Below, piece by piece: positions 9,514 through 19,319 of a stretch of 64,000 nucleotides of DNA. The stretch is from a virus (Duplodnaviria; Heunggongvirae; Uroviricota; Caudoviricetes). The notes under the pieces were generated by a model that worked only from the letters and a program-made list of their open reading frames with translations, had not been told where the DNA came from and did not search any database. The translations under genes were made by a program, and so were the position numbers. Where the stretch lies: the IMG/VR virus record IMGVR_UViG_2695420859_000012; one strand, written 5' to 3'. Each line of letters begins with the position of its first letter. Position 1 is the stretch's first letter.

Positions 9514-11088
9514 TCACTCGTTCTCTTGAGTAGATGAGTCCCCATTCCCTCGGGGTTGATCTTGCCCGCTTTCTTGGGCTGCACCACGATCATAAGTAAG
9601 TACTGACTTATTTTCAAGGGTATTTAGATCATTTTTTGGCGGAAAATTCAAGAGATCTTTATCAAATTCCTTTTTCATCGCCTCAGTAATGTTCGGGAAA
9701 ATCTTCTCAATAAGCATTTCCATCTGGTGACGACGTACAGAGTCCGGTGCCTGAAGTAATGACAGTTTCTCGGCAACAGAAAATTCATCTGTAAGGCCAC
9801 GAATATCGAAACTTTCTGGATACGCAATTAAAGAGTGGTCTTCGTCCAGATCTACCCCCATCCATTTCGCAACCAGTAGCATGATTTGGCGTTCAGCCCT
9901 TTCCAGACGCTCTGCTTTTGTGACAAGCAAGCTATTTACACGCTGGAAGTCATACATTTTTGCGGCACCAGATGAGTTATCAATTCCCTGTGCGTTGTCC
10001 TGCTTCGTTCGCTCACCAGCGACACCAACTGAATGGTAGATTTCGTTAATCACCGTCTTAATCGTAGTGATGATCATCTGAGCTTGTTTCGGGTCTGGTG
10101 ACAAATAAAACGGCTGGTTTCCACCTTCAGAATCGTAGGTGAAGACTCGCTTTGTGCCCATTTCAAGCACTTTAGTGTGGTTTTCATCACCAGGTAAAAG
10201 CGACTGTACCGGTATAGCCAACTGGCTAAATGTCTGATCCTGAATAATGGCATCAAGGTTTGACAGATAGTTTGCAACCGCACGATCAAGATAAGCGATA
10301 TCATCGATCAACGATGGGCTGAAATACGGTGATTCACTTTCTCCAATACAATCAACAGGAAACACAGGAACTACGCTGAGATTATGCTCACCGCTATCCT
10401 CTAAAATAACTTTTGCCTGACGGCGACCTGCTCCACCAGCGCCCTTCTTCACTTCCTCACGGAACAGATACCACTCGTTTTGTGTCCACAGACGATAACG
10501 TTGGTATTCCTGACCTGTAGAAGTAAAAGGATCTGCATCATCACGAGCGACTTCCACAATTAACGCCCACAACATATTCCCGTCGTCGTCCCATGCCACA
10601 TCCAGCATTTGCTGAGGTGAAATCCAGTAGGCGTAGGCGCGAGCATCTTTCTTTTTCTCGTCAGCTACTGACTCAACATCACCACTCATCGTGCTATCGA
10701 CAACAACCCATATGCGACCGTAAATAGACGACTGCAAATCAATAGCGGCCATAAATGAGTCAATAGAGGCATTCTGGCGAGTCGCACGTTTCCAGAAATT
10801 GCGGATCTGCTCTGGTGCCTCTTCGATATTTCTATGAATGTCTTCTTTAAAGAGATATTTGTTGATGAGGTTTACCACCTCACGAGTGTGGTTGAAGCGA
10901 TAAGCACGCTCAACTCGCTCCTTAAACTCCTGATCTCCCTCTTTAAAGTAACGAAAGATATTGTCTGTAAACCAACCACGCCCGCCAGCGTAAGTGCTGG
11001 CGAGGAAGTCCCAATGTTCTTTTTTCTTTTCGTATTCCGGGTGGCGTCGCGCCACCAGATCCTTAATTTGTTTGTCGTTCAATTCCAT
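9514..11088 (-). CDS. Portal protein (putative)
   Basis: 524-aa ORF immediately downstream of the large terminase gene in the same operon; size and position fit a portal. Confidence 0.6.
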   Translation of the reverse strand: MELNDKQIKDLVARRHPEYEKKKEHWDFLASTYAGGRGWFTDNIFRYFKEGDQEFKERVERAYRFNHTREVVNLINKYLFKEDIHRNIEEAPEQIRNFWKRATRQNASIDSFMAAIDLQSSIYGRIWVVVDSTMSGDVESVADEKKKDARAYAYWISPQQMLDVAWDDDGNMLWALIVEVARDDADPFTSTGQEYQRYRLWTQNEWYLFREEVKKGAGGAGRRQAKVILEDSGEHNLSVVPVFPVDCIGESESPYFSPSLIDDIAYLDRAVANYLSNLDAIIQDQTFSQLAIPVQSLLPGDENHTKVLEMGTKRVFTYDSEGGNQPFYLSPDPKQAQMIITTIKTVINEIYHSVGVAGERTKQDNAQGIDNSSGAAKMYDFQRVNSLLVTKAERLERAERQIMLLVAKWMGVDLDEDHSLIAYPESFDIRGLTDEFSVAEKLSLLQAPDSVRRHQMEMLIEKIFPNITEAMKKEFDKDLLNFPPKNDLNTLENKSVLTYDRGAAQESGQDQPRGNGDSSTQENE

Positions 11089-11114
11089 TTGAATAACCTT
11101 AGATAATTACCTAC

Positions 11115-12371
11115 CTATCGAGAACCACCAAGAATAACACGGTTTTTGACTGGATACCTACGATGTACTGGATAGCCCAATGCGTCTGCACTATGCTCAA
11201 TGCCACCTGTCTTATCCATATCTCGTGTTCCAGGCTTGTAGATGACTTTTTCCAGTGAATCAATCAAATGCTTGCACTTCGGATCGATATACAACCGGAT
11301 ATCTCCAGATGCGGTCATCAGCATTCGGTTAACAGCATTAACACGATCCGCAATTGGCGGGTGCTTTTTCGAATAATCGACACGTAAGAATCCCTTCTCT
11401 TTGAATATGTCGACGTCAGACTCCCCGCGAGCATGTTGGCGATAAGCACCTGCCGGATCTGGAAATACCGTTATCTGTGATTTCCAGCGCCAGAAGCGTC
11501 TCTCAAGCTCATCACAAACCTCTGCCGTGTTAGAGGAAAAGAGCACCAATTCATCAATTGCCCATAGCTCACCATTTGGCTGAGGTTGCAAAATTACTGA
11601 AGACATCGGGTCAATGTTGAAGTCCTGCCCTACCCATATAGGCAACCGAGGGTTGAACTGAAGCGGTTTTACATGCACGTTACGATCGAACGGGTAGTAA
11701 ACGCGCCCGGACATGTTCTCAAAGCTCGCCAGGTACTCCTGAGCGAACGATTTCGGGTCCATATCGTTCTTAGCAGCTTCAATTTCCGCCGTAGGCACAA
11801 ACGGAGAATCGGCAGTTACAAACTGCCAGCTCTTCCACTGTCCCTTTCTTTGCAGCTCTACGTTCTGGCCTATAGTCCACAGTTTGTGAAATTCCGAGAA
11901 ACCTTTTGGCGTACCAATGATAAGTGCACCGCCGCGTGTCGATGAAAGAGTAGGTCGTAACACCTTGTACCAGGTGTCAGCCTTCATATCCTGAAATTCA
12001 TCAAGCACTACAAAATGCAACGCTACGCCGCGCAGAGTGTCAGGCTTATCAGCACCTTTGAGGGCGATCTCCGAACCGTTCTTCAACACGATTGTCATCG
12101 TGGTGTCGTTCTTTTTCCTAACCCACTTACGAGGCAGAACTTCCTGTAGATCGTCCCACAAAATCTGGCGAGCCATCTGGTAAGTAGGAGCGACATACCA
12201 GACCCTTTGCTTTTTTTCCTTTGCCGCCGCACGAATAATAGTGGAGATCGACAACCGGGATTTTCCCCAGCGTCGACCAGCACAAACAACTTTAAATCGA
12301 TGCGGAGACTGGAAGACTTTCATCTGTCCAGAATGCAGTTGCACAAGACTGAGCGAGGACGGGATTGCCAT
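11115..12371 (-). CDS. Terminase large subunit
   Basis: N-terminal Walker A (VVCAGRRWGKS) and Walker B (HFVVLDEF), followed by a nuclease-size C-terminal domain. Start overlaps the stop of the upstream small terminase gene. Confidence 0.75.
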   Translation of the reverse strand: MAIPSSLSLVQLHSGQMKVFQSPHRFKVVCAGRRWGKSRLSISTIIRAAAKEKKQRVWYVAPTYQMARQILWDDLQEVLPRKWVRKKNDTTMTIVLKNGSEIALKGADKPDTLRGVALHFVVLDEFQDMKADTWYKVLRPTLSSTRGGALIIGTPKGFSEFHKLWTIGQNVELQRKGQWKSWQFVTADSPFVPTAEIEAAKNDMDPKSFAQEYLASFENMSGRVYYPFDRNVHVKPLQFNPRLPIWVGQDFNIDPMSSVILQPQPNGELWAIDELVLFSSNTAEVCDELERRFWRWKSQITVFPDPAGAYRQHARGESDVDIFKEKGFLRVDYSKKHPPIADRVNAVNRMLMTASGDIRLYIDPKCKHLIDSLEKVIYKPGTRDMDKTGGIEHSADALGYPVHRRYPVKNRVILGGSR

Positions 12372-13003
12372 TATTCGTCCTCCCCTTCACTTCCATCATC
12401 TGTCGCATCAAATTCGCTTAGAGCTTCTTCTTCCAACGTCTCAAGCAATTCGTCATCGATGATTTCAGGCTCGTCGTCTTCCTGACGTAATTTCGCCACC
12501 TGGGAAGGCGTAAGCTCACCAAATACCAGGTTCGGAATTTCTTCCTCGTCATTTTCCGCATGATCCATGCCCAATGCTTTGGACGAAACTTCAAAGCATT
12601 TTGCAAGGGTATTACTGGCTCTCTGTAAGCTCTTGAGAGAATCCTCAATCGCCCCTAAAGGCTTACCCTCACGTTTGGCCGTAGTGACTTCGACCATCAC
12701 CATCTGCCCCAACGCATACGCCCAGCCGTCATAACGTGTACGACGTTCTTCTATCTTTTCCGCACGGGCTTTAGCGCGAAGCTCTGCGTCAGATTTAAGA
12801 GACTCACGAACCATCTTCCCAACAGAGTCCGCGCCTTTCTCTAATCCTCGCTTTTTGAAATGTCTGGAGAGTGTTTCACGACGAATGCCGTACTCTTCCT
12901 CCAGCTTTGAGAGTGTATATTCGCCTGACGTCCATTTGGCTTCAGCTTCGGCCCACTCCGCTGGTGTCAGGCGAGTTTTTACCTCGTCTTTTTCGACCGT
13001 CAT
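12371..13003 (-). CDS. Terminase small subunit (putative)
   Basis: N-terminal HTH-like segment (YTLSKLEEEYGIRRETLSRHFKKRG) and a highly acidic C-terminus; translationally coupled to the large terminase. Confidence 0.6.
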   Translation of the reverse strand: MTVEKDEVKTRLTPAEWAEAEAKWTSGEYTLSKLEEEYGIRRETLSRHFKKRGLEKGADSVGKMVRESLKSDAELRAKARAEKIEERRTRYDGWAYALGQMVMVEVTTAKREGKPLGAIEDSLKSLQRASNTLAKCFEVSSKALGMDHAENDEEEIPNLVFGELTPSQVAKLRQEDDEPEIIDDELLETLEEEALSEFDATDDGSEGEDE

Positions 13004-13117
13004 AGATCCCTCTAAAACACACAGAGCGCGTCCATGCGCTCTAAAACAACTTGTTTACTGCATTTTCTAACCAACTTGTTTTCTGGGTTGTTTAATTAGG
13101 TCTGGGCATGTCTTATT

Positions 13118-13177
13118 AAGCCTGCTTCCGTATATATTTAATAAGTTACTTATTATTTATATATACAGAAGCAGGTC
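13118..13177. repeat. Long AT-centred palindromic element (copy 1 of 2), upstream of the small terminase gene
   Basis: CCTGCTTCCGTATATAT...ATATATACAGAAGCAGG inverted repeat; a near-identical copy lies at about 37312-37371. Confidence 0.6.
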
Positions 13178-13199
13178 TTTAAATAAGCTCCCAGACCGA

Positions 13200-13466
13200 T
13201 TACATCACCAGTAACTTCGCTTTGGCTCGACCTAAAGTGGTTAACCCAAGAGTTCGGCGGTGATAGCGATTGTCACTGCGTTGGCGCGTATGCCCTTTCT
13301 CCACAAGCCCCTTTTTTATCAGAGCGCGAATTGAGAACTGGATACTTTGCTTGGTTGTCTTGTACGGCAAAACTTCAAGCAATTCGTCCAGATCAAGTAG
13401 ATAACCTCGCTCATAACCGAGATTGAGCGTTTTGATGATGTCCTTTTGTTTATCGGTTAACGTCAT
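13200..13466 (-). CDS. Small winged-helix-like DNA-binding protein (hypothetical)
   Basis: 88-aa basic protein, last gene of the ParB/ABC/GNAT operon; HTH-like segment QSIQFSIRALIKKGLVEKG. Confidence 0.4.
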   Translation of the reverse strand: MTLTDKQKDIIKTLNLGYERGYLLDLDELLEVLPYKTTKQSIQFSIRALIKKGLVEKGHTRQRSDNRYHRRTLGLTTLGRAKAKLLVM

Positions 13467-13475
13467 GGCAAATCC

Positions 13476-14366
13476 TTATGCCGGTAAAGCAATTTCTAAC
13501 GGTTTATCCAAAGGTTGTTTGTCGAATGCCAGCAGTGGCAGCGTGTCAGGCAGTCGACGACCAAAGTCAGGGTTTCGATACACCCCATACAACGGAGACG
13601 TAAAGCTCAGGTTGTGAATGTCCTTGAGCAACTTCACAATGCTGGCCTCGTCCACCAGACTGTCGGCAATGTCCTGAATCGTCGTGCCACGATTCCGCCC
13701 AGCTTTTGCCAGGGAACTGTTCTTGTGGTAGTCCGCCACCAGATCACGCAGTGCACGGCGACGACGAGACTCGCTCATTGCGAACAACTCTTTGACGATC
13801 GCCTCGTTATCACCCGGGTCGGAACGGAAATGGCGCTGGAATACACGCAGTGCACTTTCATAGCTCTTCGGTCGCTCAGGGCGGATGAACTTAAACCCTG
13901 CTTTCATGGCGAAGGGATTGTATTTGCTCATCGAGGACTGGATCTCAATGATTGGCCGGTCATGCATCCTGCTAACCAGGTTAATCATTCGATAAGAGAC
14001 GCCTACGCCACGATACTGAGTATCCACAACTGAGCGACTGATCACCGCAAAGTTGTTATTCACGTACCGACCCCAGTACTGGTTAGCCACGGTGGTATTA
14101 GTGGTTGGTTTCAACTTAGGAAACATGCGGTGGCGAGGTGCCAACAGTAGTTTCGGGTAAGCCATAACCACGACGCCCACCAGACGGTCATCAAGTTCGC
14201 AGCGATAGTAAGTTGGCGCGAAAGGTTTGCCGTCTGTTTTGTAGTGAAGCGACTTAAGAGCGTGCCAGTCCTCTACAGTTCCCTTTGTAACAGTCATTCG
14301 CTCCAGAAAGTCCAGATGACGCGGAAACTCTTCAGGGCGGTAGCGTTTAATGATGATGTCCGTCAT
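13476..14366 (-). CDS. GNAT-like acetyltransferase-fold protein with C-terminal extension (hypothetical)
   Basis: Segment resembling the GNAT acetyl-CoA-binding motif (SVVDTQYRGVGVSYRMINLV); start overlaps the stop of the upstream ABC ATPase gene. Confidence 0.35.
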   Translation of the reverse strand: MTDIIIKRYRPEEFPRHLDFLERMTVTKGTVEDWHALKSLHYKTDGKPFAPTYYRCELDDRLVGVVVMAYPKLLLAPRHRMFPKLKPTTNTTVANQYWGRYVNNNFAVISRSVVDTQYRGVGVSYRMINLVSRMHDRPIIEIQSSMSKYNPFAMKAGFKFIRPERPKSYESALRVFQRHFRSDPGDNEAIVKELFAMSESRRRRALRDLVADYHKNSSLAKAGRNRGTTIQDIADSLVDEASIVKLLKDIHNLSFTSPLYGVYRNPDFGRRLPDTLPLLAFDKQPLDKPLEIALPA

Positions 14367-15028
14367 GAATGGACCTCATCGTGACTACCATTGCGATATT
14401 CCACCTTCACGCGTTCTTTGTAGTGCTTGGTGATCTGCATATCCGGGCGCAGCGCGTTCTTCAGGTCTTCGTGAGTCGTCGCCACCATTACCGTCGCACC
14501 AACCTTTCGAGCGGCACGCTGGAGGTTAGACGCCACAACCTGAGCGGTTACACGGTCGAGAACAGCGCCGAACTCGTCAGCAGCCCACACTTTAGCGCCT
14601 GACTCAATCAGTTTGGCAATCTTGAGACGATATTTCTGGCCGTCTGACATTTCAGAAGGCTTGCGAACAAACAGATATGCATCGTTCAGACCAGCCATAG
14701 ATAACAACCCAAGCGCATCACTGGTCGTTTTGCCCAACTGATCGATGACGTTAACCTCATTATCGAAGGTAAAATCATCGATGGAGGCTACAGACAGCCC
14801 TTCATCCTTCATCTGTCGTTGCAACTCGCGCAGCACAACGGATTTGCCGGAACCGGATTGGCCGGTGATGTACACCACATCGCCCTGCTTCACTTCCAGC
14901 TCCAGATTGTCGTAAAGCGTCCACTCTTTTTCGTCCAGGCCAAGCCCGAACGACTCAGCGATTTCCAACGTGCGCGTGGTTTTATTTACGCGTGTCTGAA
15001 ACGATACGTTGATGATGTATTTGCTCAT
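14363..15028 (-). CDS. ABC-type ATPase (stand-alone nucleotide-binding domain)
   Basis: Walker A (GQSGSGKS), ABC signature-like MSDGQKYRL, Walker B (VWAADEF). Confidence 0.6.
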   Translation of the reverse strand: MSKYIINVSFQTRVNKTTRTLEIAESFGLGLDEKEWTLYDNLELEVKQGDVVYITGQSGSGKSVVLRELQRQMKDEGLSVASIDDFTFDNEVNVIDQLGKTTSDALGLLSMAGLNDAYLFVRKPSEMSDGQKYRLKIAKLIESGAKVWAADEFGAVLDRVTAQVVASNLQRAARKVGATVMVATTHEDLKNALRPDMQITKHYKERVKVEYRNGSHDEVHS

Positions 15029-15693
15029 GCAGCCATCTCCCCGGAAGAGATCTTCTCCGCATATGCCACAAATGCGTCTACCCCGCTTTCTCCCGTCATT
15101 TCTTCCATGTGGGCAAGCAAATCACCAACAACAATGGCAGAGCCAGCAGGGAGCGTTTTAAAGCCCAATACGTCGACAACACGTACTTCTTCCGCTGCAA
15201 CTTCACGACTGATCTCGGTGTGTTCATCCTTCTGTCGTTTAGTTTCTTCGCCAAGATCGATAACTAGCGAGTCGGTGTCCATTTCTTCTGTCATACTGCC
15301 AACGAGAACATTCAACTCACGCTCTTCAAAGCCGAAAACCTCGATATCGTCCAGAACAAGCGACTCAAGCTCTTTCTGTAGCTTAATTGCATCGTAATCA
15401 ATGCTGGCAAGTCGGTTATCTTCAAGGCGCTTCGCACGAACCTCGTCATCACTGAGATCATCGCGAACAATAACCGGTACGCGCTCAAGTCCAGCAAAAA
15501 TTGCAGCCTCACGGCGGCCGTGGCCAGTAATAATTACGTCGTTCTTATCGACCGTAATTGGCTGGTCAAATCCGCGCTTTTTAATGGCTGCGGCTAGATC
15601 TCGGATCTGCTGTTCATCATGCTTTTTGGCATTCATCTCATAGGGAATAAGATCTGCCGGGTCGCGATATACGATTTCAAACTTTTTGGTCAT
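15025..15693 (-). CDS. ParB-like nuclease domain protein
   Basis: ParB N-terminal domain motif (ITGHGRREAA); start placed at the internal Met overlapping the stop of the upstream gene (track start 15726). Confidence 0.6.
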   Translation of the reverse strand: MTKKFEIVYRDPADLIPYEMNAKKHDEQQIRDLAAAIKKRGFDQPITVDKNDVIITGHGRREAAIFAGLERVPVIVRDDLSDDEVRAKRLEDNRLASIDYDAIKLQKELESLVLDDIEVFGFEERELNVLVGSMTEEMDTDSLVIDLGEETKRQKDEHTEISREVAAEEVRVVDVLGFKTLPAGSAIVVGDLLAHMEEMTGESGVDAFVAYAEKISSGEMAA

Positions 15694-16391
15694 TACATAC
15701 GCTCCTTGTAGTAGTCGACCAGCCACACCAGAGCCTCACCAGCGTTCTCCATTTCATTACCGGTGTTAATAGCCTGCTCTTTGATGATGTTTTTTATGGT
15801 TTCTGCAACACGATCTGACGCATCGAAAGTTACTTTGAAGCGCATGGTCTGATGTTCCGCACCCACACGTTCGGTTTTCTCTCGTTTGTCGGTATCGACA
15901 GGCTCATCACTACCACGAGACAACGCCTCCAGTGCTTCAAGGTCGATTGCCGCCTCTTTTGCTAAAACCATCGAGATTTCGTCGTCATACGGGGCGATTT
16001 CAGACAGTTGATAGTCAAGTTCTGACTGAATTTCTTCAATGAAGCGTTGCAATGCGATTTGGTCGTCTTCACCGTATCGCTCGTTGTCCACCAGTGACAT
16101 CTGTTTAGCTACGACATCGCTAATTTTGCCCACAGAAAGCACCGGAACCGTTGAAATTCCTTGCTCAATAGCAGCACGCCAGCGATGTTCGCCGCCGAGG
16201 ATTTCAAAAAATCCATCTTCAAGTTCACGAGCCAAAATTGGCTTAAAAAAGCCCAATTTTTCGATAGAACCTTTCAGTTTTTCAAAATTCTGCGCACCAA
16301 CCGAATTGGTGTTCCAGGTATTCGGGCGAAGGTTGGCAACATCAACCTGCAAAATCGTGATTTTTACATCCATTTTATTGCTACAATCCAC
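15693..16391 (-). CDS. ParB-like nuclease domain protein
   Basis: ParB N-terminal domain motif (ILGGEHRWRAA); first gene of the operon, divergent from the helicase gene. Confidence 0.6.
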   Translation of the reverse strand: MDCSNKMDVKITILQVDVANLRPNTWNTNSVGAQNFEKLKGSIEKLGFFKPILARELEDGFFEILGGEHRWRAAIEQGISTVPVLSVGKISDVVAKQMSLVDNERYGEDDQIALQRFIEEIQSELDYQLSEIAPYDDEISMVLAKEAAIDLEALEALSRGSDEPVDTDKREKTERVGAEHQTMRFKVTFDASDRVAETIKNIIKEQAINTGNEMENAGEALVWLVDYYKERM

Positions 16392-16455
16392 TAAGTAATC
16401 ACTTACTTATTATAATAGCCAAATAACATACAAAAGGCACTAAGGAAAGAGGTTT

Positions 16456-18015
16456 ATGACTGTTCGGATTGTATCTAACGCAGTAAATGCGCTTATTTCT
16501 GGCGCAGATGACAAGGTAAAGCAACTGGTGCAGCAAATGTTGAGCTACGAAGTCGAGACTGGCGACTGGAAGGGCACAAGCACGATGTTCAACTGGAGTA
16601 AAAACTCGTTCCCTGCTGGCTTTGCCAAGCCTGTAGCGGCGAACTTGAACAAGGCGGGCATCAAATGTGTTCATATCCGCAAAGACAAAGCCCCGGCGCT
16701 TGGTAAACCAAATCCGGCGGTTAACCCATTCCCATACAATCCTGATTATGCGTATCAGGATCAGACTGTGGAAACACTGGTTCGAGAGGGAATGATGATT
16801 GCGCAGATCGCTACTGGTGGCGGGAAATCTAACGTTGCCTGCAAAGCAGCTGCACGTATCGGTCGAATGACATTATTTTTAACAACCCGCTCTGTTCTGA
16901 TGTTTCAAATGGCCGAAAACTTCCAGAGATCCATCGACTACCGCGCCGAAAATGGCGAACCGTGGTTAAAAGACCAAAAGGTTGGAGTCATTGGCTCGGG
17001 TGAGTTCCAGGTATCACGACATATCAACGTCGCTACAGTTCAAACTCTTGCAAGTTTCCTCGAAGAACCACCACGCGATGCAACACCAGATAAGAAAAGC
17101 TACCACCTCAAACGTCGGGAGTTGGTGAAACGCTTCCTTTCAAGTGTCTCTCTTCTTATTCTGGAAGAGGCGCATGAGTCTTCAGGCTCAAATTTCTATG
17201 ACATCGCCAGATTATGTGTGAACGCAGACTATCGTCTGGCGCTTACAGCCACGCCGTTCATGAAGGATTCGACGGAAGCCAACATGCGCCTGATGGCGGT
17301 GGCCGGGCGAATTGAAATTAAAGTCACAGAAAAGTACCTGATTGATCGAGGCATTCTGGCAAAGCCGTACTTCCTTTATCATAAAGTTGCCTACAAGCCA
17401 GACGAGGCCAGAATCAAGGCCGAACTTGCCAACAAACACCTCAATTTTAGAGTTGGTATGAGCACCGCCTACCAAAAGGCTTATCAGTTGGGGATCGTGT
17501 ATAATTTGGGACGTAACGAGGCCATTGTTCGCGAAGCATTGCTCTATAAGCAACATTCTCTCAATTGTATGACTCTGGTTCGTCTTAAACGCCACGGGCA
17601 AATCCTGATGGAAATGATGAAAGAGTCCGGCCTTAGAGTTGACTTCATCTATGGGGAATCTAACCAGGCGACAAGGCAAGCAAAGCTGAACAGTTTAGCG
17701 TCTGGAGAAATAGATGTTTTAATAGGCTCGACTATTCTGGATGTCGGTGTTGATGTGCCAAGCGTTGGTGCGGTCATTCTTGCTGGTGGTGGGAAAGCAG
17801 AAGTTGAAATGAGGCAGCGTGTCGGTCGTGGCTTACGAGCCAAAAAAAATCAGGCAAACGTGTGTTTTATCACTGATTTCATTGACATTAGCAACAAATA
17901 CCTGTTGTCTCACTCTTATGAGCGAAAACACATCATCGACACCACACCTGGCTTTGCAGAAGGTGTATTGCCTATTGATGGAGCATTCGATTTTGGAGTT
18001 CTGAAACGAGATTAG
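16456..18015 (+). CDS. Superfamily 2 (DEAD/DEAH-box type) helicase
   Basis: Walker A (ATGGGKS), DEAH-like motif II (LILEEAHES), motif III (ALTATP), motif VI (RQRVGRGLR); AGGAAAGAGG RBS before the ATG. Confidence 0.75.
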   Translation: MTVRIVSNAVNALISGADDKVKQLVQQMLSYEVETGDWKGTSTMFNWSKNSFPAGFAKPVAANLNKAGIKCVHIRKDKAPALGKPNPAVNPFPYNPDYAYQDQTVETLVREGMMIAQIATGGGKSNVACKAAARIGRMTLFLTTRSVLMFQMAENFQRSIDYRAENGEPWLKDQKVGVIGSGEFQVSRHINVATVQTLASFLEEPPRDATPDKKSYHLKRRELVKRFLSSVSLLILEEAHESSGSNFYDIARLCVNADYRLALTATPFMKDSTEANMRLMAVAGRIEIKVTEKYLIDRGILAKPYFLYHKVAYKPDEARIKAELANKHLNFRVGMSTAYQKAYQLGIVYNLGRNEAIVREALLYKQHSLNCMTLVRLKRHGQILMEMMKESGLRVDFIYGESNQATRQAKLNSLASGEIDVLIGSTILDVGVDVPSVGAVILAGGGKAEVEMRQRVGRGLRAKKNQANVCFITDFIDISNKYLLSHSYERKHIIDTTPGFAEGVLPIDGAFDFGVLKRD

Positions 18016-18017
18016 TT

Positions 18018-18296
18018 ATGAGCGAAAAGAAAACAACTTATTGTCAGGTAGCATTGTCTGATAAGGCCAATGACAAACTTGGAAAGTTTCAAGTGAAACT
18101 AAAAGAAAAAAATATCAAAATGTCTAAGGCTGAAGTCATAAATACCATTCTGGAACAATTGACAATGGCCGACTTTGACAAGGTTATATCTTCTGTCGGG
18201 GCTTCCGCTAAGACTCGTGAGAAAATCATGCGTATCTATGAGAACTCTAATATGACAAAGGAAGATCTCGAAACGCTATTAAGCAGATTAAAATAA
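18018..18296 (+). CDS. Hypothetical protein (92 aa)
   Basis: ORF starting 3 nt after the helicase stop, same strand. Confidence 0.45.
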   Translation: MSEKKTTYCQVALSDKANDKLGKFQVKLKEKNIKMSKAEVINTILEQLTMADFDKVISSVGASAKTREKIMRIYENSNMTKEDLETLLSRLK

Positions 18297-18322
18297 TCAC
18301 GCTATCAATTAGGGAGACAAAG

Positions 18323-18787
18323 ATGAAGTCTCCCATACTGTTCACTTTCTGTTCTAAAACTATCATGAAATACTCGCTTCTCCCTCTACTAACGTTACCA
18401 GTGTTGATGCTTACCGCGTGCCAATCACGCCCAATATCAATCCATGACGCCAAACCAGCACCGCAGGCCAAAGTGTTCAAGTATCAAAGCGCAGCGCCAG
18501 CTACGTTGGTGGTAATGAGAGACACAGGTTTTGTAGGAGCTGGATGTGATGCTTCCATTTTCATCAACGGCGAAACTGTCGCAAAACTGGCTACAGGCGA
18601 AAAAGCGACTTTCCATTTAAATGCCGGAGAATTAATTATGGGTGCATCTCTTGAAGGTGCAGGTTTATGTGCTCTAAACCCCGCTCGTCAAGAGCGAGAA
18701 ACGACTCTGAAGAATGGAGACACAAAAGCGTTCAGGGTGTTCACCAGCAATTCTGGTGACATCGACATTCTGCCAACAACTCTGTGA
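18323..18787 (+). CDS. Putative lipoprotein
   Basis: N-terminal hydrophobic segment ending in lipobox-like LTAC (LLPLLTLPVLMLTACQS); GGGAG RBS before the ATG. Confidence 0.5.
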   Translation: MKSPILFTFCSKTIMKYSLLPLLTLPVLMLTACQSRPISIHDAKPAPQAKVFKYQSAAPATLVVMRDTGFVGAGCDASIFINGETVAKLATGEKATFHLNAGELIMGASLEGAGLCALNPARQERETTLKNGDTKAFRVFTSNSGDIDILPTTL

Positions 18788-18791
18788 TGAC

Positions 18792-19316
18792 ATGACAACC
18801 AAAGATATTACCTACGGTATCCAAGCTGAACTCTGGCCGCGAGATTACACTAACGTTGAAAAACTACTGATGTTCTGGCGCAGAGAACAAATTCCTGTAA
18901 GGGTCACTCTCGAAGATGGCCAGGCGTTTTGCATGTACGTTTATGGCCTCATGCCATCTCGTAACAAAGTTGACCTTTGCCCAGCCCCTTTTGACAAAGA
19001 AAATCGTATAAGGCTCCCACTTGAACGCATTAGTACAATTGAATCAGGTGTGGTTGACAGTATCGCTCACGATTTCAAAGGTCGACTAACAGTTCACCCT
19101 GATTATGTCGATAATCGGCCATCACGCCGCGATTTTTTTGCAATTTGCAACCAAGCCTACAAAGCAAACAAATCTATAAGGGTGTACATGGCGGATGGCC
19201 GTGAAATTGAGGGGGTGTCAGCAGGCGCAGATGCTTGTCAGGTTACACTACGTGTCGAGAACGGTAGAAAAATAGTTGTTTTGTTCGATTGGGTTGAACG
19301 AATTTTGCCTTTTTGA
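18792..19316 (+). CDS. Hypothetical protein (175 aa)
   Basis: ORF from the internal Met (MTTKDITY) immediately after the lipoprotein stop; the track ORF begins at 18714 and overlaps. Confidence 0.4.
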   Translation: MTTKDITYGIQAELWPRDYTNVEKLLMFWRREQIPVRVTLEDGQAFCMYVYGLMPSRNKVDLCPAPFDKENRIRLPLERISTIESGVVDSIAHDFKGRLTVHPDYVDNRPSRRDFFAICNQAYKANKSIRVYMADGREIEGVSAGADACQVTLRVENGRKIVVLFDWVERILPF

Positions 19317-19319
19317 GTT

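Noticed and set aside
13200-16391. Canonical ParA/ParB partition system
   Set aside because: The only ATPase present has an ABC-type signature, not the deviant Walker A of ParA, and the gene order is ParB-ParB-ATPase. A canonical partition system is therefore not called, though a non-canonical segregation role is not excluded.
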